A model generated the notes under the pieces. It did not search any database. It had not been told where the DNA came from and was given only the letters and a program-made list of their open reading frames with translations. From Geosiphon pyriformis uo1 (Eukaryota > Fungi > Glomeromycota): 64,000 bases of DNA. The position numbers and the translations under genes were made by a program. The DNA lies in NCBI GenBank assembly GCA_016748015.1, contig JAAOMT010000076.1, forward strand, positions 331,574-395,573, read 5' to 3'. Each line of letters opens with the position of its first letter. Position 1 is the first letter of the stretch. Of the stretch, positions 1 through 12,823 are shown piece by piece.

Positions 1-250
1 TATACATACTGTTTATTTAAAAATAACTACAATCAAGTTTTCTATGCAAACAGAAGATTAACATTAACCAATAGCAAATTCATTTGGAATGTGAATAGAA
101 TTATGATAAAATTATACAAGATACCCGAGGGCGTGGGTATATTGTCTCAAAAAAGAAGTTTATTTACATAAGATAAGCAGCAGCAATAAAGAAATTTATA
201 TATAAAGCCAATTTGATATCTGATGGCAAAAACTAAGATATTTTAATATC

Positions 251-1309
251 ATGACTTCATACAAAAGTACACAAATAATAGGAAGAGAAGTTAAACCAAC
301 AACCGAAATCCTTGAAAATGTTTTGGTTAGAACCCATTATACTGAGAAATTTGATTCAAAAGTGATTAGTGCACTTTCTATCGATTATCCTGAAGAAGCG
401 AAACCAAATCCCACAACCATAATTAAGACGGGAGGTATTACTCATGGCTTCGTAGCAGCAATTCATCAAGCGTATAACCTTCATCAACATCTTCGTATTT
501 CACCTGATGATGTTTGGCTGACAATTGCTCAAGGTGTAAGCCAACATATTAATTTGAATGCTGAAAAATTCCGTAGTTATTTTGTAAATCATGAAGGAGA
601 AAAAGATATCATTGTTTTTGCGGGTGATGTTTTAAGATCAACCGAGAACCGTCTTGAAGGTGATTGGCCAGTCGTTGTGAATCGGCTTACTCGAAAAGTT
701 GGCGAGAACGTGACAAAGATTGAGTTAACAGAGCTCTTGGAATGTAACTTTTCAACTAGTACTTCGGTTTCTACTACTGCGAGCAAAGTGATTTTGTTAG
801 ATGCTATGAAAAAATATTTCAAGTATCATGTGTGGACTCGTTGTGGGATTCCTAAAGTCACTCTTGAGGGAACTCTCGAAGATTGGGAAAACCTTCAAAA
901 AAAAGTGGTTAAACTTCGTGAGCTTTCCCTTGACATGGATTTTTGGTTAGATAGGTTGGAACCGGTAGTTTGGCAGCTCGTTGCGACGTACCGTGGTGAT
1001 ATTGATGAGGAATTTTGGAGTAAAGTTTTAATGAGTCGTGGTGGTGGGTCAGGAGTACCGGTTTCGTGGGATGGCTGGATTGCAGGCTTTTTCCCATATG
1101 AAAAAAGTGGTGATAAAATACTCAAGAATAGCATTGTCACCAAGGAAATACCTGATGGTATGGTAAATGTTCCATTTGATACCGATATTGATAAGAAACT
1201 CCAATTCTCGGCCGGTTTTTTGGGAGCTCATCAAACCACCAGTGGTGAAGGAGCTGATACTGAGGTTTTTATCTCCCCTGTTATTGGATGGCTTGTAGTT
1301 GATCAATAA
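251..1309 (+). CDS. DUF4419 family protein (352 aa, intronless), copy 1
   Basis: Intact ORF with DUF4419 motifs HGFVAAIHQAYNLHQHLRISPDDVWLTIAQG, ECNFSTS, CGIPKVTLEGTLEDW, GSG..WDGWIAGFF and FSAGFLG. TATA-like TTTATATATAAAG lies about 50 bp upstream. Confidence 0.9.
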   Translation: MTSYKSTQIIGREVKPTTEILENVLVRTHYTEKFDSKVISALSIDYPEEAKPNPTTIIKTGGITHGFVAAIHQAYNLHQHLRISPDDVWLTIAQGVSQHINLNAEKFRSYFVNHEGEKDIIVFAGDVLRSTENRLEGDWPVVVNRLTRKVGENVTKIELTELLECNFSTSTSVSTTASKVILLDAMKKYFKYHVWTRCGIPKVTLEGTLEDWENLQKKVVKLRELSLDMDFWLDRLEPVVWQLVATYRGDIDEEFWSKVLMSRGGGSGVPVSWDGWIAGFFPYEKSGDKILKNSIVTKEIPDGMVNVPFDTDIDKKLQFSAGFLGAHQTTSGEGADTEVFISPVIGWLVVDQ

Positions 1310-2355
1310 TCGAAGAAGCTCATGTGCTCAAGTAAAATTCGTTTAGTTTTATGCTAGATAATATAAGAGGCTTTGGTAGGAACATAGTCTTGAGGAATTA
1401 TTAATGTCAGTTAGTTGATCGTAGCTGAATAATTCTTTCTTTAAATTCTTATCTTACTTTTATATAATAAAGTGGATAGCTATTTAAATTACATAAGCTG
1501 CATTGTATAAATTTAAGTTATGGTTAACTTCGACCAGCTCATAAGAGAAATAAGCATCAAGTTAGGTAAAATCTTTTAAAAAGAATATTCTTTTTTTAGT
1601 ATTCTGAGTTATCCACAACATGAAAAATCTTTTAACTCAAAGGCCCGACTAGGAGCTCATGATTATAACGCCAAAAAGAGCATGTGAGAAAATAAAATTA
1701 ATGGGTATAATGTAAATTCTTTTTTGTTTTAAAGAATCTCACAAGGACTTTTCAAGCGGTAAAAAAGTATCAGATGAATCCAACCTATAGTGTAGTTTTA
1801 ATTATTATCAATGGGTTCCGTGAGAGCGTTTGAGGAATATTAATAAAATTGCAAAGGTGAGGGTTCGATACTTTTTATAAAGCAAGATAAATTTTTGAGA
1901 AGATTAAAAGATATGGTATAAGATATCATAATAAAAAAGATGTAAGCCAAAAGATATTACAATTAAGTTCATAAATATATTTTTACAAAAGAATAATAAA
2001 CTGTTTAGAGGGGCAATCGAATATTCATTTGAATTTAAAATCTTATCTATTTATTTTATTTATATTTACTTTTTTTACTTTAAATGATAGATTAATATTC
2101 AAAGAGCTATGTACATTAATGGAGGCCTATTAAATACCTAAATGACATGAGAGGTTCCGATTTGAGAAATTGGATAAACGCCTTGAACAAAAGATAAAAA
2201 AATGAACAGGCCTCATCTATGCTCGTTATTTTAATCGGAAAAGAACTAAAGGATCAAAATGGTTTTTCATTTTATGAATTTTACTTGTTCAGATGGCAAA
2301 CATACTTAAATTTTTATGGTAAGTTAAATCGGTAAAGAATTTGTTTGAAATTTTT

Positions 2356-2550
2356 TTATGCTTCGATCTCGGGTAAATATTCAGAATCAATTTTCTCAGA
2401 GGCGTTATAATTTGGCTGATTTTTTTTCTGGAAATGCAATACACCATGATATAAGCGAACTATTATCGTATGAAAAATAAAAACTCCACTCGAGCAAATT
2501 GTGATTAGTGTGTCTAAATCATGTATATTCGTATTCTGCCAATAATAAAT
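2356..2550 (-). pseudogene. Possible orphan terminal exon of a membrane-protein gene
   Basis: Acceptor TTTTATGCAG at 2551, then 65 open codons (IYYWQNTNIHDLDTLITICSSGVFIFHTIIVRLYHG...EIEA*) including one hydrophobic stretch. A candidate donor AAAG|GTAATT sits near 2643, but no credible upstream exon is visible in the AT-rich block. Confidence 0.3.
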
Positions 2551-4199
2551 CTGCATAAAATAGTATATTGAAATGATTTCAATTTTAAGTTGGGGAATGA
2601 TTAAAAATTAGAATATTATTTATAAAAAAATCTTTTTAATTACCTTTATAATAAATTGTCTTTTTTTAAATATATAAATAAGATTTTTTATAATTGCTGA
2701 AATTATTTTATTATTCAATATTATAATTTTTTTGATCTAAAATTCATAATTTTCTTTCCTTTTCTAATTTGTATTAGTTTTTAAAAAATATATTGATAAA
2801 TTTTTACTAAAAAGTACAAATATTATCTTTTATTGACAGAGTATTATATTAACTGTATTATTTTTGTTAATAGTATAGATTTTTTTTCTTTTCAAAATGT
2901 CTTGAAAAAAATAACTATTAAAATATTTATAAAACTAATTTTGCACATTAAATTTAAATTCAATCTGCTTTTATTAAATATTTTGATTATTTTATTATAA
3001 AATATTTGTTTTCTTTTGCTATTTATTAATATATTATTCTAACTTATAACAATATAATATTAAAAACATTATTACTTATTAGATTTACCAACAATAAGAA
3101 TAAGCAACTAATATTTGCTAAATACAAAAAATAAAAACAGTTGTAAAACTTAACAATCTTTGCAAATTAGGTTAAATATTAAAAAAGATGATTTTTTAAT
3201 AATATTTAGTTATATTTTATAATCTACTTTTGTGTAAAATTAAGTACAGCTTAGACATTTAAACTACAAAATTTATTTTAAAATTGGAAGCAAATAGTAA
3301 AGAATACATTTTATATGATTATGGACTTTATAAACAACATAAGATATATAATATACAGCTATTTTAATATTCAGAATATTTTAATTAATAATATTTTGAT
3401 TAATTTTAAAAAAGCAGTAATAATAATAATTAATTAGAAATGTATAGTAAACATATAACAATTTTAAAACTTAACAAATTTTGGTTAATAAAAATTTTGA
3501 GCATTTTTAATATTAAAAAATTTAATATTAATGAATTTTATTAGTATTTGGTCGACAAAAAGTTTGAATATCTAGAATATTAAAAAGATTCATGCTAATA
3601 AATCTTATTAATATTTGATTAATAAAAAGTTTAAGTATTTCTAATATTAAAAAAACTGATGTTAATATATAGTTTGTTACAAATTTGGTTGATAAAATGA
3701 CATTTTCTAATATAAATTACACAATTTGATGTTATTTTTGACAATTAGTTCTTATATACAAGTTAGTTGTATAAATAGCAGAATGTATAATAAATGAAAT
3801 ACGGTTTTAAAAAAATATATTAAGACTAAAACATATTTTTTAAAAGATTTTTATAGTTTAATTATATATTATTGTAACTTTTACAATTTTAAAAAGTTCA
3901 ATCTTATTATTAATTAAATTTACAAATAACATTAGTTTCGTAAAAAACATTTTTATTTGTAGGTTAAAAAAATTACAAATTTGGAAATAGTTGCTAATTA
4001 ACTTTTTAATAAAATCTGAAATTTTGGTCATTAATATTATTAACAATCATTTAGCAAATATAATTATTATTTTAAAAAAAATATAATATTAGACTAAATT
4101 ATACAGATTCAAATTTATTTCAGAGTTTTAATAATTTTTTCTCTTAAGAAAAACATGTTTATTAAAACTTATAAAGCTTTTAAAAATATGGGTTTAATA

Positions 4200-5400
4200 T
4201 TAATATATTAAAGATTAAATAAAAATAGTAACTTTATAAATTAGACAACTATAAAAATACATTCTTTTTTTGGTATAATACTTTGTTATTTGGTTTTGGT
4301 TTTTTAGAAGTTTCGTTATTTGCATAAGAAACATTGAAAATTGCGATAAATTTTTTGTGTTACTAATAAAATTAAAGATTAAAGTGATATATATTATATT
4401 ATAAATATTTTTTAAACTCAAACAATTGTTTTATGTAAAAATTGTTCCAAAATACAAGAAATGCAATATTATAACAATTAATTAATTAGTAATCTAAGTT
4501 TGCCATTCCAAAATAAATTTAAATAAAATTAATATTTAAAAAGCTTATTGGTTAAATTATTGAATTAATATATATAAAAAGTTGAAAATAAATTAAAAAA
4601 CATTTGGGTAAAATAGATAACAAAAAGCTAATAAACTGGTTAAGTATTTTAGCTTTTGTGATTAAATATTACATGTTAAAAGATAAAAAAAATTTAATAA
4701 ATACTTTTAAAGTACTAATTTTACATAATAATAGACAATATATACATAGTATTTACAATAAAAAATAGATCAAGCAAAAGACAAATTGGACATAATTAAA
4801 ATATATAAATCAACTTAAATAATACAACTGAAGTTTTGCACAAGAACTTTTAGATGAAATCTGAACAAATAAGTAAGAAAACAGTTGAACTTTGCACATA
4901 TGTTATATAAAATTTGCCAGCTGCACAATATAAAAATTGTATAACAGTAATTATTTAAGCACTGAGAATTAAAGTGTGAAAAGATGAAAAACTCTGAATA
5001 TGTGTTTGTCTGTAATGGAGATGAAAGATTAGATATGAAATTATAGGTCTTATTTTATATTAAATCTTGGTGGTACACTAATATTTATCATAATTTATGC
5101 TTGTTAATGAATTCTATTTTGATAGATAAGTCTAAAGAATTTTTAAACATTTACTCAGCTTTAGCTAAGAGATTTATTTTAAAAAGTTGAATAGCTGATT
5201 CAGTTGTAGTTTTTAACAATATGAAATTAGCTAAATTTGAAGTGGTAGAATTGATCAGGATGTTTCTAAATTCATATAAAAAAATAGTTGGAAGCCATTC
5301 ATAGAAGCTAGGGCAAATATGTTAGAATATGACAATTAGTAAGCATAAGATATTTAAACTCTTGAAGTTGGTGTTAAAGTTAACTAATTTAATAACCAAT
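4200..5400 (+). mobile_element. Degenerate non-LTR (LINE-like) retrotransposon, RNase H plus C-terminal Cys/His region
   Basis: Reading across frameshifts gives KKHLGKIDNK.ANKLVK at ~4595-4645 (RNase H KVKGHSG..GNERAD.LAK). Then LPAAQYK.LYNSNYLST...CEKMKNSEYVFVC at ~4915-5015 and IYSALAKRFILKS*IADSVVVF, as expected for a LINE ORF2 C-terminus. The relic may extend upstream toward ~2900. Confidence 0.6.
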
Positions 5401-5470
5401 ATTATTTATTGTTAAAAAAATTATTAATTGCTGTAAAAAGGTTTATATATTGGTTTGAAAAATAGTAATT

Positions 5471-5581
5471 ATTGAGCTCAAGTTGATTTTTGTCGCCGGA
5501 TTTTTAGGTGACGAGGCTGAAGTTTTTAATTGCCTAGTTATTGTTTGGCTTGTTGTGGACAGACTCAAGAGGATAAATTAA
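5471..5581 (+). pseudogene. DUF4419 3'-terminal relic with internal deletion
   Basis: Translates IELKLIFVAGFLG-DEAEVFNCLVIVWLVVDRLKRIN*. This aligns to the copy-2 C-terminus IGFVLSFVAGFLG[AQQESFGEG]DETEVIVSPVIGWLVVDQIKD*. Confidence 0.8.
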
Positions 5582-7980
5582 AAGTTTTGAACGCAACAAG
5601 GTTATATTTCAATTAGTTTGCTCGCCACAAATAGTAAATAATAAATTCTGGAAATTTTCAAAACAGGTTCCGTTAGAAAATAGTTTTTGGTACGCAAAAT
5701 ATCAGTGATGATTTTGCCCGGAAATGAAAATTTTCCCACGTGCCTTGAATGTTGAGAGTCAAAAGAATTCAAGATGCAATCTCTAAAAATTTGAGTCATT
5801 TATAAGTGGGGTTTTCAAAGCCAAATTAGTTTTTCAAGGATTGAAATATTTAAATAAAAGTAATTTATCCATAAAATTTTTATACAGGATTAGGGAATTT
5901 TGTTGACCTTTTTCTTTAAATAAAAGTAGAATATTTTAGCATTTTTTCGAGCCTCATATTGGCTGACTAACAATGCAAATATCTTTTCGTGTCTTTCTTT
6001 AATTGCAAAATGCAAAGATGTACAATTTCCGCCGAAAGTGATGCAAAATATTTCACAGGAGTTAAATGGCCTTGATATTATAAGTAATTGCAGCATTAAA
6101 ATTAATCATTAAAGATATTAATAAAACATAACCTTTTTTATTTTATATATTGACTTAGGCTCCAGTTTGAGCTAATTCTTTCCCTAGAAATAAAACCCTT
6201 AAATCAGAAATGAACTTAATAGAAAACACAAAAGCTCACTGTATTGAATATAAATCTTTTTAAATAACAATTAAAAAGTTTTAATTTAAATACTTTTAAA
6301 AAATGTGGTTCAACTATTATTTATGCATATACAACAGAGCATATTACCTATTAAAAGTAACTTATGCACTTTTAATATATAACCAGCCATTTAAACTTAT
6401 GCTAAAACTACATTATACCAAAATACCAGTATTTAAAACCATATTTTTAACATATTTTTTAGTCTTATAAATTTTATCATGCCAATTATTTACAGTTTGT
6501 TAAAAATTACCCAATTTTTAGTTATTATTTAAGGTAATATGTTTAATAAAACACATAAATGCTTTAACATTAAAAAAAATTCCTTAATTATTTTTTAAAA
6601 AAAAGTTGATATAAGTTATTAATTATATATATACAGATTTTTTAAGAAAGTTTACTTAAAACAATAAAGTTAGCATGAATAAAGTCCATATTTTTTATCA
6701 AAAAACCAACAAATTCTGTAAAAGTTTAAAAAAAACCAATTTATTATAAATTTTAATGTTAAGCTTATAAAATTAAATTACAAATAGTAGAAACATACAA
6801 TAGATAACCAACCAATTGGGCTTAAAACAAAACTTTTTAAATTGGATGTTTCATTAAATATTTTACTAAGATTGAAAAACAGCTTTGTAAATAAAAGCGA
6901 AATAAACTGAAATTTAGCATTTGCAATGATATTAACAATTAAAAATTTTCCACCAAATTTAATTGTTTTTTAAGTAACTGTGATATTAAAAGCTTTTTGA
7001 ATTGTAAAAATCACAATTACTTATTTTTAATGATACTTAAAATTATATAAAAGAATTTTTTAAAAAGTATTTTGTCAGGTTTTCTAAATCTGGTGACAAA
7101 TTTTTTGGAAACTGAATCTGACCTTTGATACTGTTTTAAAAGTCACAAAAACAAGATTCTAATAACATGATTTTAATATTTATAGTCTCTTACTTATTTA
7201 TATTTTATTTGTTGTTGTAAAGTGGAGAAAAATGAATATAATTTTATTTATTTGTTCAAGAAATATGTTAAAATTTGAAAAATTATTTAGTAATATTACA
7301 TTATTTTTGAGTTTGGTTGCAAATTAAGCTTGTATGTACTTTGATTGTTTTAATAATTTCGTTGTATTTTTATATTTAATTGAAAATGCGAAAAATAGAT
7401 TTCAAGTTTGGATATCCAAAATGGTTTCCAATAATTTAAAATTCATAAAATAAGAGCAAAGAAATTAGATAACACAAACACAAATTATGAGATAGCAATC
7501 AAATTATAATTTTTTTGGCTTAAATCCCTTAACTCGATTTTATCGGGTAACTCCTCGGCCTTTTTACTTTCGGCAATGCCAATTATAAAATGATACGAGA
7601 TGCCAATCGCCCGAGAATGTCGACAACAAGCCAAATATTATCGAGTCAAATGGAAAAATGTTCAGTGTTTTAATATATTTGAACGCCATTTTTTGAAATC
7701 AAGCCGCTTTAGGAACTCGATAGTCATTACAATAACATATCAAAAAAGGACAATAGGAATTATCCAATTATTATATATAGAGTTTCCCAACAAAAGAAAC
7801 TTCTATTTGTTTTTTTAAATAAATATTTTTGCTTTGCTTTTATTTAAGCTGCAAAAGCGGAGCTAGATCTACAGTTTACAAAAAAAGCACGCAGGTCGTG
7901 GGAAGTTTCCATAATGCTAAAAGCTACTTATAAATATAATTTAGATATTGTGGAAACATTGGATTCTTTATTGAATCATC

Positions 7981-9071
7981 ATGGCTTCTCAACAACGAAG
8001 TACCCAAATTCTCAGCACCACTTTGAAAAAAACTACGAAATTACTTGACAACACTCCTATAAAAGAATATTATACAAAATTTTACAAAAACCAAGAAAAA
8101 ATCCTTCATTCAATCTCTATTGATTATCCGGAAAAAGATACAATAAATCCATATTCAATTATTGACGATAACCAGGTGGAAAATGGTTTCGTTGCAGCCA
8201 TTCAACAAGCTTACAATCATCATCAACATCTTCGTATCTCACCCGATGACGTTTGGTTAGCCATTGCCCAAGGGGTTAGTAATCATATCAATAACAACGC
8301 CGAAAGATTCCGATATTATTTTGTTAAACATGAAGGTCAAAAAGAAATTTGTATTTTCGCTGGCGACATATTGAGTACTGAAAATAATCAGCTTAAGGGT
8401 GATTGGCCAGTTGCTATAAATCGACTCACAACAAAAGTTGACGAAAACGTGACGAAAGTTGATTTATCTAAAACCTTAGAATGTGATTTTAGCACTANNN
8501 NNNNNNNNNNNNNNNNNNNNNNNNNNNNNNNNNNNNNNNNNNNNNNNNNNNNNNNNNNNNNNNNNNNNNNNNNNNNNNNNNNNNNNNNNNNNNNNNNNNN
8601 NNNNNNNNNNNNNNNNNNNNNNNNNNNNNNNNNNNNNNNNNNNNNNNNNNNNNNNNNNNNNNNNNNNNNNNNNNNNNNNNNNNNNNNNNNNNNNNNNNNN
8701 NNNNNNNNNNNNNNNNNNNNNNNNNNNNNNNNNNNNNNNNNNNNNNNNNNNNNNNNNNNNNNNNNNNNNNNNNNNNNNNNNNNNNNNNNNNNNNNNNNNN
8801 NNNNNNNNNNNNNNNNNNNNNNNNNNNNNNNNNNNNNNNNNNNNNNNNNNNNNNNNNNNNNNNNNNNNNNNNNNNNNNNNNNNNNNNNNNNNNNNNNNNN
8901 NNNNNNNNNNNACAAGTAAATGTTCCATTCGACACAGATATTGGTTTCGTTTTAAGTTTTGTCGCTGGTTTTTTGGGTGCTCAGCAAGAGAGTTTTGGAG
9001 AGGGTGACGAGACTGAAGTTATTGTTTCCCCAGTTATTGGTTGGCTTGTGGTGGACCAAATAAAAGATTGA
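7981..9071 (+). CDS. DUF4419 family protein, copy 2 (middle hidden by assembly gap)
   Basis: N-half has NGFVAAIQQAYNHHQHLRISPDDVWLAIAQG...ECDFST. After the gap the frame reads QVNVPFDTDIGFVLSFVAGFLG...VSPVIGWLVVDQIKD* (TGA 9069-9071). The gap is 414 N against 400 nt in the equivalent part of copy 1, so the apparent frame offset is probably a gap-size estimate. Confidence 0.8.
8498..8911. other. Assembly gap (414 N)
   Basis: Run of N. Confidence 1.
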
Positions 9072-9270
9072 AAATATTTGATTTTTATCAAGTGTAGATT
9101 TAGCTCCAAAGTTTGTATAAAGATAAACGTAGTAATTAAAAATATTAAAATGTTATTTTAGCATAATATCTTAATTATGGCTTTTAAATAATTATTTTTG
9201 ATAATTTAACCAAATTAATTTTTTTCACCATTGATATTTAAAATAAGCTATTAAAATTTACAATCTAATT

Positions 9271-9387
9271 TTAAGTGTGTCGGATGGCTGGTCACGTGTT
9301 GAAACCACACGATCCACATCTATAGTTACCTTGTTTGTACCTAGATTAGACAGTGGAAGGATTACACTGTCATAGCAATAAAAAAAA
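9271..9387 (+). mobile_element. Short structured poly(A)-tailed retroposon fragment (SINE or 5'-truncated LINE 3' end)
   Basis: A ~115 bp island, GC-richer than its flanks. It has hairpins CGTGT-tgaaacc-ACACG (9295-9311) and GACAGTG-n9-CACTGTC (9349-9371), followed by AATAAAAAAAA. Confidence 0.45.
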
Positions 9388-9949
9388 TGTAGTAAATATT
9401 ATTTTTTATTTAGTTTTATAATTATTTTATTACCAAGTTATGACATATTAATAAGTAAACTTACTTTTAATTTTGATTATTGATATAATTCTTAATTTTT
9501 TTATCACATCAAATATATAAACGAAGTTTTTAAAGCTGTAAAAAATATTTATTTAATAAAATAAATATTATTTTTAAATTAATATATCAATATTTTTTAA
9601 ATTAATTAATATATTGTTAAATAATAAATAATGTTAATTGTTAAATTTCAAATATTAACTAAAAATATTAAATTATTATAATTTTTTAATAATTATAAAG
9701 AATTTGTTTTTTTACTATTTATTCTAATTACAAAAAGTTATATAAACTTAAATTATGCATTTTTAACATGTAATCAGCTATCTAAATTTATTTTATAACA
9801 TTATTATACTAATCTAATTATATTTTTATATTTATTTTTATTTTTATAATTGCACATAAACCATGTTAAAATATATTTAACTTAATATCCTTCTTAAAAT
9901 AGCTTGCTTAACAATTTTTTCTTTAGAAAACATTGAATCGTTTGTATTA

Positions 9950-10730
9950 ACTTTACTGATTATATCTACTAATATGTTCTTATTACTCATTTTTTTATAT
10001 TTTAATCTTAATTTAATTGTAAAGATTTAATTGTGTAAATCTTTTTATCTTTGCAGTTGCCAATTTGGTATTTTCAAAAACTTTTAAAACTTTTCAGTGC
10101 TAAATTTTTAACATAAAACTTTTGCCCAATATTTTGTAAAGTTTTTTTATTACTAATAAATTATTACTATTTTTATAAATAAATAATTTATATATATGCT
10201 TAAAAACATTAAACTTGTAGGTTTTAAAACTTATGCAATTTTTTATATTTAATTATAATTTTAGTCTTAATTTCAATATTAACTATATATTTAAAAACAT
10301 TATTTAATACAACTTATGTTTAAATATTTAATATTGTATATCTTTTTGTATTCTTTTATAAGAAGTTTTTCCATCAAGTATTTTATAACATAATTGTGAA
10401 TTTTAGAAATTTTGCCACTTGTTAAACTTATACCAAGATGTAATTTAAAGTATTATACCAAAATAGTTTTTTTTTCAATTAATATTATTAACGAAATTCA
10501 TGTTTAAATATTTCTTAACATATTTAACTTCTTATTAGATGTAATTAACAAAATTATACATTTAATTATCAACAATAATTGAATTATTTTTGTATTATAA
10601 AAACTTATTACGAATTTCATAAAATATTTTCAAGTTTAAAATTAGAGTTTAATCCACTAAATGATTAATTATTTTTTTCTTTTTGACCTCTAAATAATTT
10701 TTGATCTTTTTTTAGTATATTAACAGACTC
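9950..10730 (-). mobile_element. Second degenerate non-LTR (LINE-like) retrotransposon relic
   Basis: Minus strand reads *KKIKNYLEVKKKKIINHLVD at ~10715-10650 (RNase H-like). Then HLGISLTSGKISKIHNYVIK..LLIKEYKKIYNIKYLNISCIK at ~10440-10305 and LYKILGKSFMLKI*H*KVLKVFENTKLA at ~10140-10055. Motif order matches the relic at 4200-5400. Confidence 0.5.
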
Positions 10731-12823
10731 TTATGTTTAATTATTTTTGCAATTTTGTGTTTTTTATTCAGTACTTGCTTTTATAATTAGATTTTAAGTA
10801 TAAATTTCTAATTTACACAAATTAATTGCTATATTGCTATCCATATATATATTATACTCTTTTTTTTAAACACATATTTGGACACCAATTTAATAGCCAT
10901 CAACTTAATAATCAGTAATAATAATATTTTTATTATTTGATTTCAATTTTTTTATTTATGTTATCAAAGTATGTTACAACAGTACCAAAAACTGTTTTAA
11001 TCCAATATTCTTAACCAAATTATTCGTAAAATTAAAAATTATATACCTAGTAAATTCAGGTAACTATATATTTCTTTAATATTATTATTAAAACAAATTA
11101 CTATGTTTTACTTAGAATTTTCTCTTTATAATTGTTGCATCATTTTTTATTTTCTCTTTTTTACTGTCGCTTCTTTGAATAATAAATCTTAATCTGTTAC
11201 TTATATATTGCTACTAGAATTATATATTTTTTAATGTTAAAAAAATACTGTAAAATTATATCCAATCCAAATGTTGTTTTAGCAATTGCTATTCAGCTTC
11301 AGCTATAAAAGGTTTTTAGATATAATAACCTATATTTTGGAAAGATGTCAACTAGTTCAAGACTGTCTTCTAATTGTCAATTCTTAATAAATTCCAAGAG
11401 CTTCCTTCTTGAAATGTAAAACTCAATAAATGAGTACCCAATTAAAAATACATTTAAAATAAAAAGAAATAAATTTAAGCATGTTAAATTCTAATATTAA
11501 TTTCAAACTAGTTTGTTAGTTGCCATTCTTTTAATTAGTTAATTAGTTTAAGATTAAGAAAAACTCATATCAAAAGTTCACTCTTTGTTGATTATTGCTA
11601 ATTTCGTTTAATACTATTAACTAATTAACTAAAAATGAATAATTAAATAACCAAATTAAAAGATTGAATAATTAAATAATTAGGTAATAAATAATCGAAT
11701 AAATAAATAATAAAGTGAGTAAATAAAAATCAAATTATTTTTATAATGCTTTTGAAATCTTATTTTTTGTTAATACTTATATTGTCCAAAATTTATATTC
11801 TATTATTATTGTTTAATATATTAAGATTAATTAGCTTGGCCAAATACTTTTCATATAGTTTATACTAATTCAAAATTAGGTCTTTAAGACTAGGTGTCTT
11901 TATTTTTTGAATATGATTTAAGTTATTATTACACTTTTTTTATCAAAAAACTGTTTTATTTAAAACACACTTAGTTTTTTGAGCATTTGTACTAAAGCAT
12001 AATATTTGTTTCTACTTAATATTTTTAATACTAGTTTATTAATATTTGGTTTGAAAAAATATATATTATTAAATATATATATTTATTTTCAAATATAGAA
12101 AATTTTTATTATGTTTATTAAGTTACAGTTTTATGAATATATTCTTATTCTTATAGAATTTGTCAACAAATTTTTAGATTTTTACTTTAGTATATACAAG
12201 TTTAGGAATTTGTGTTAAAAATTTGTCAACAATTTTTTATATTTACAAATTTTATAACTAGGAACCATTTTGTTTTTTTATTTGCAATTAGATAAATTTT
12301 TTGATTTTGTAAAAACATGGATGGTAAATATCCTTTTTGAGAAATTTCTAAATAAGTTAGTCTTGAACTTTATATTTTTTTTTGTTAGTTTTTTATTTAT
12401 TACTTTATTTATTAAAAATTTCAAGCTAATTTTATTATATTTATCTATTTATTTTACTCTGTAATAATGTTTCAAAAAAATTTTAGAAAAATTTATTATT
12501 ATTAATTTATTGTATAAGTTTTTTTGGTTTTTGTATTTGTATTTGTAATTTATTTGTTATTGAATTCTAAAAAATACAGAAATTTAAGAAAAATTAGAAT
12601 TTGTAAAATTTAATTAAGCAAGAATTTTGGGGTGATTTTTTAATTTTTATGTTGACATTTTATTGATTTTTTTAAAAAAAATTTTATTAACAAAAATGGG
12701 GTTTCAATTGTTATTGAAATGTTATTTTACACACTTTTTTTTATAATTATTTTGTAACATTGGCCTAATTATTTGTAAGAATTTTTTATATTTTATTATA
12801 TTTAAATAGTTTGAAATAGTCAT

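Noticed and set aside
589-1306. Antisense ORFs over DUF4419 copy 1 (also 13250-13438 and similar shadows over other genes)
   Set aside because: Shadow frames of real coding sequence with no independent motifs.
1781-1884. tRNA-like pieces (CCTATAGTGTAG ... GAGGGTTCGATAC)
   Set aside because: A-box-like and T-loop motifs are present, but the acceptor and anticodon stems do not pair. At most a decayed tRNA or SINE; needs tRNAscan-SE.
8388-9007. Several ORFs of 146-175 aa spanning the N run
   Set aside because: Artefacts of translating N as X.
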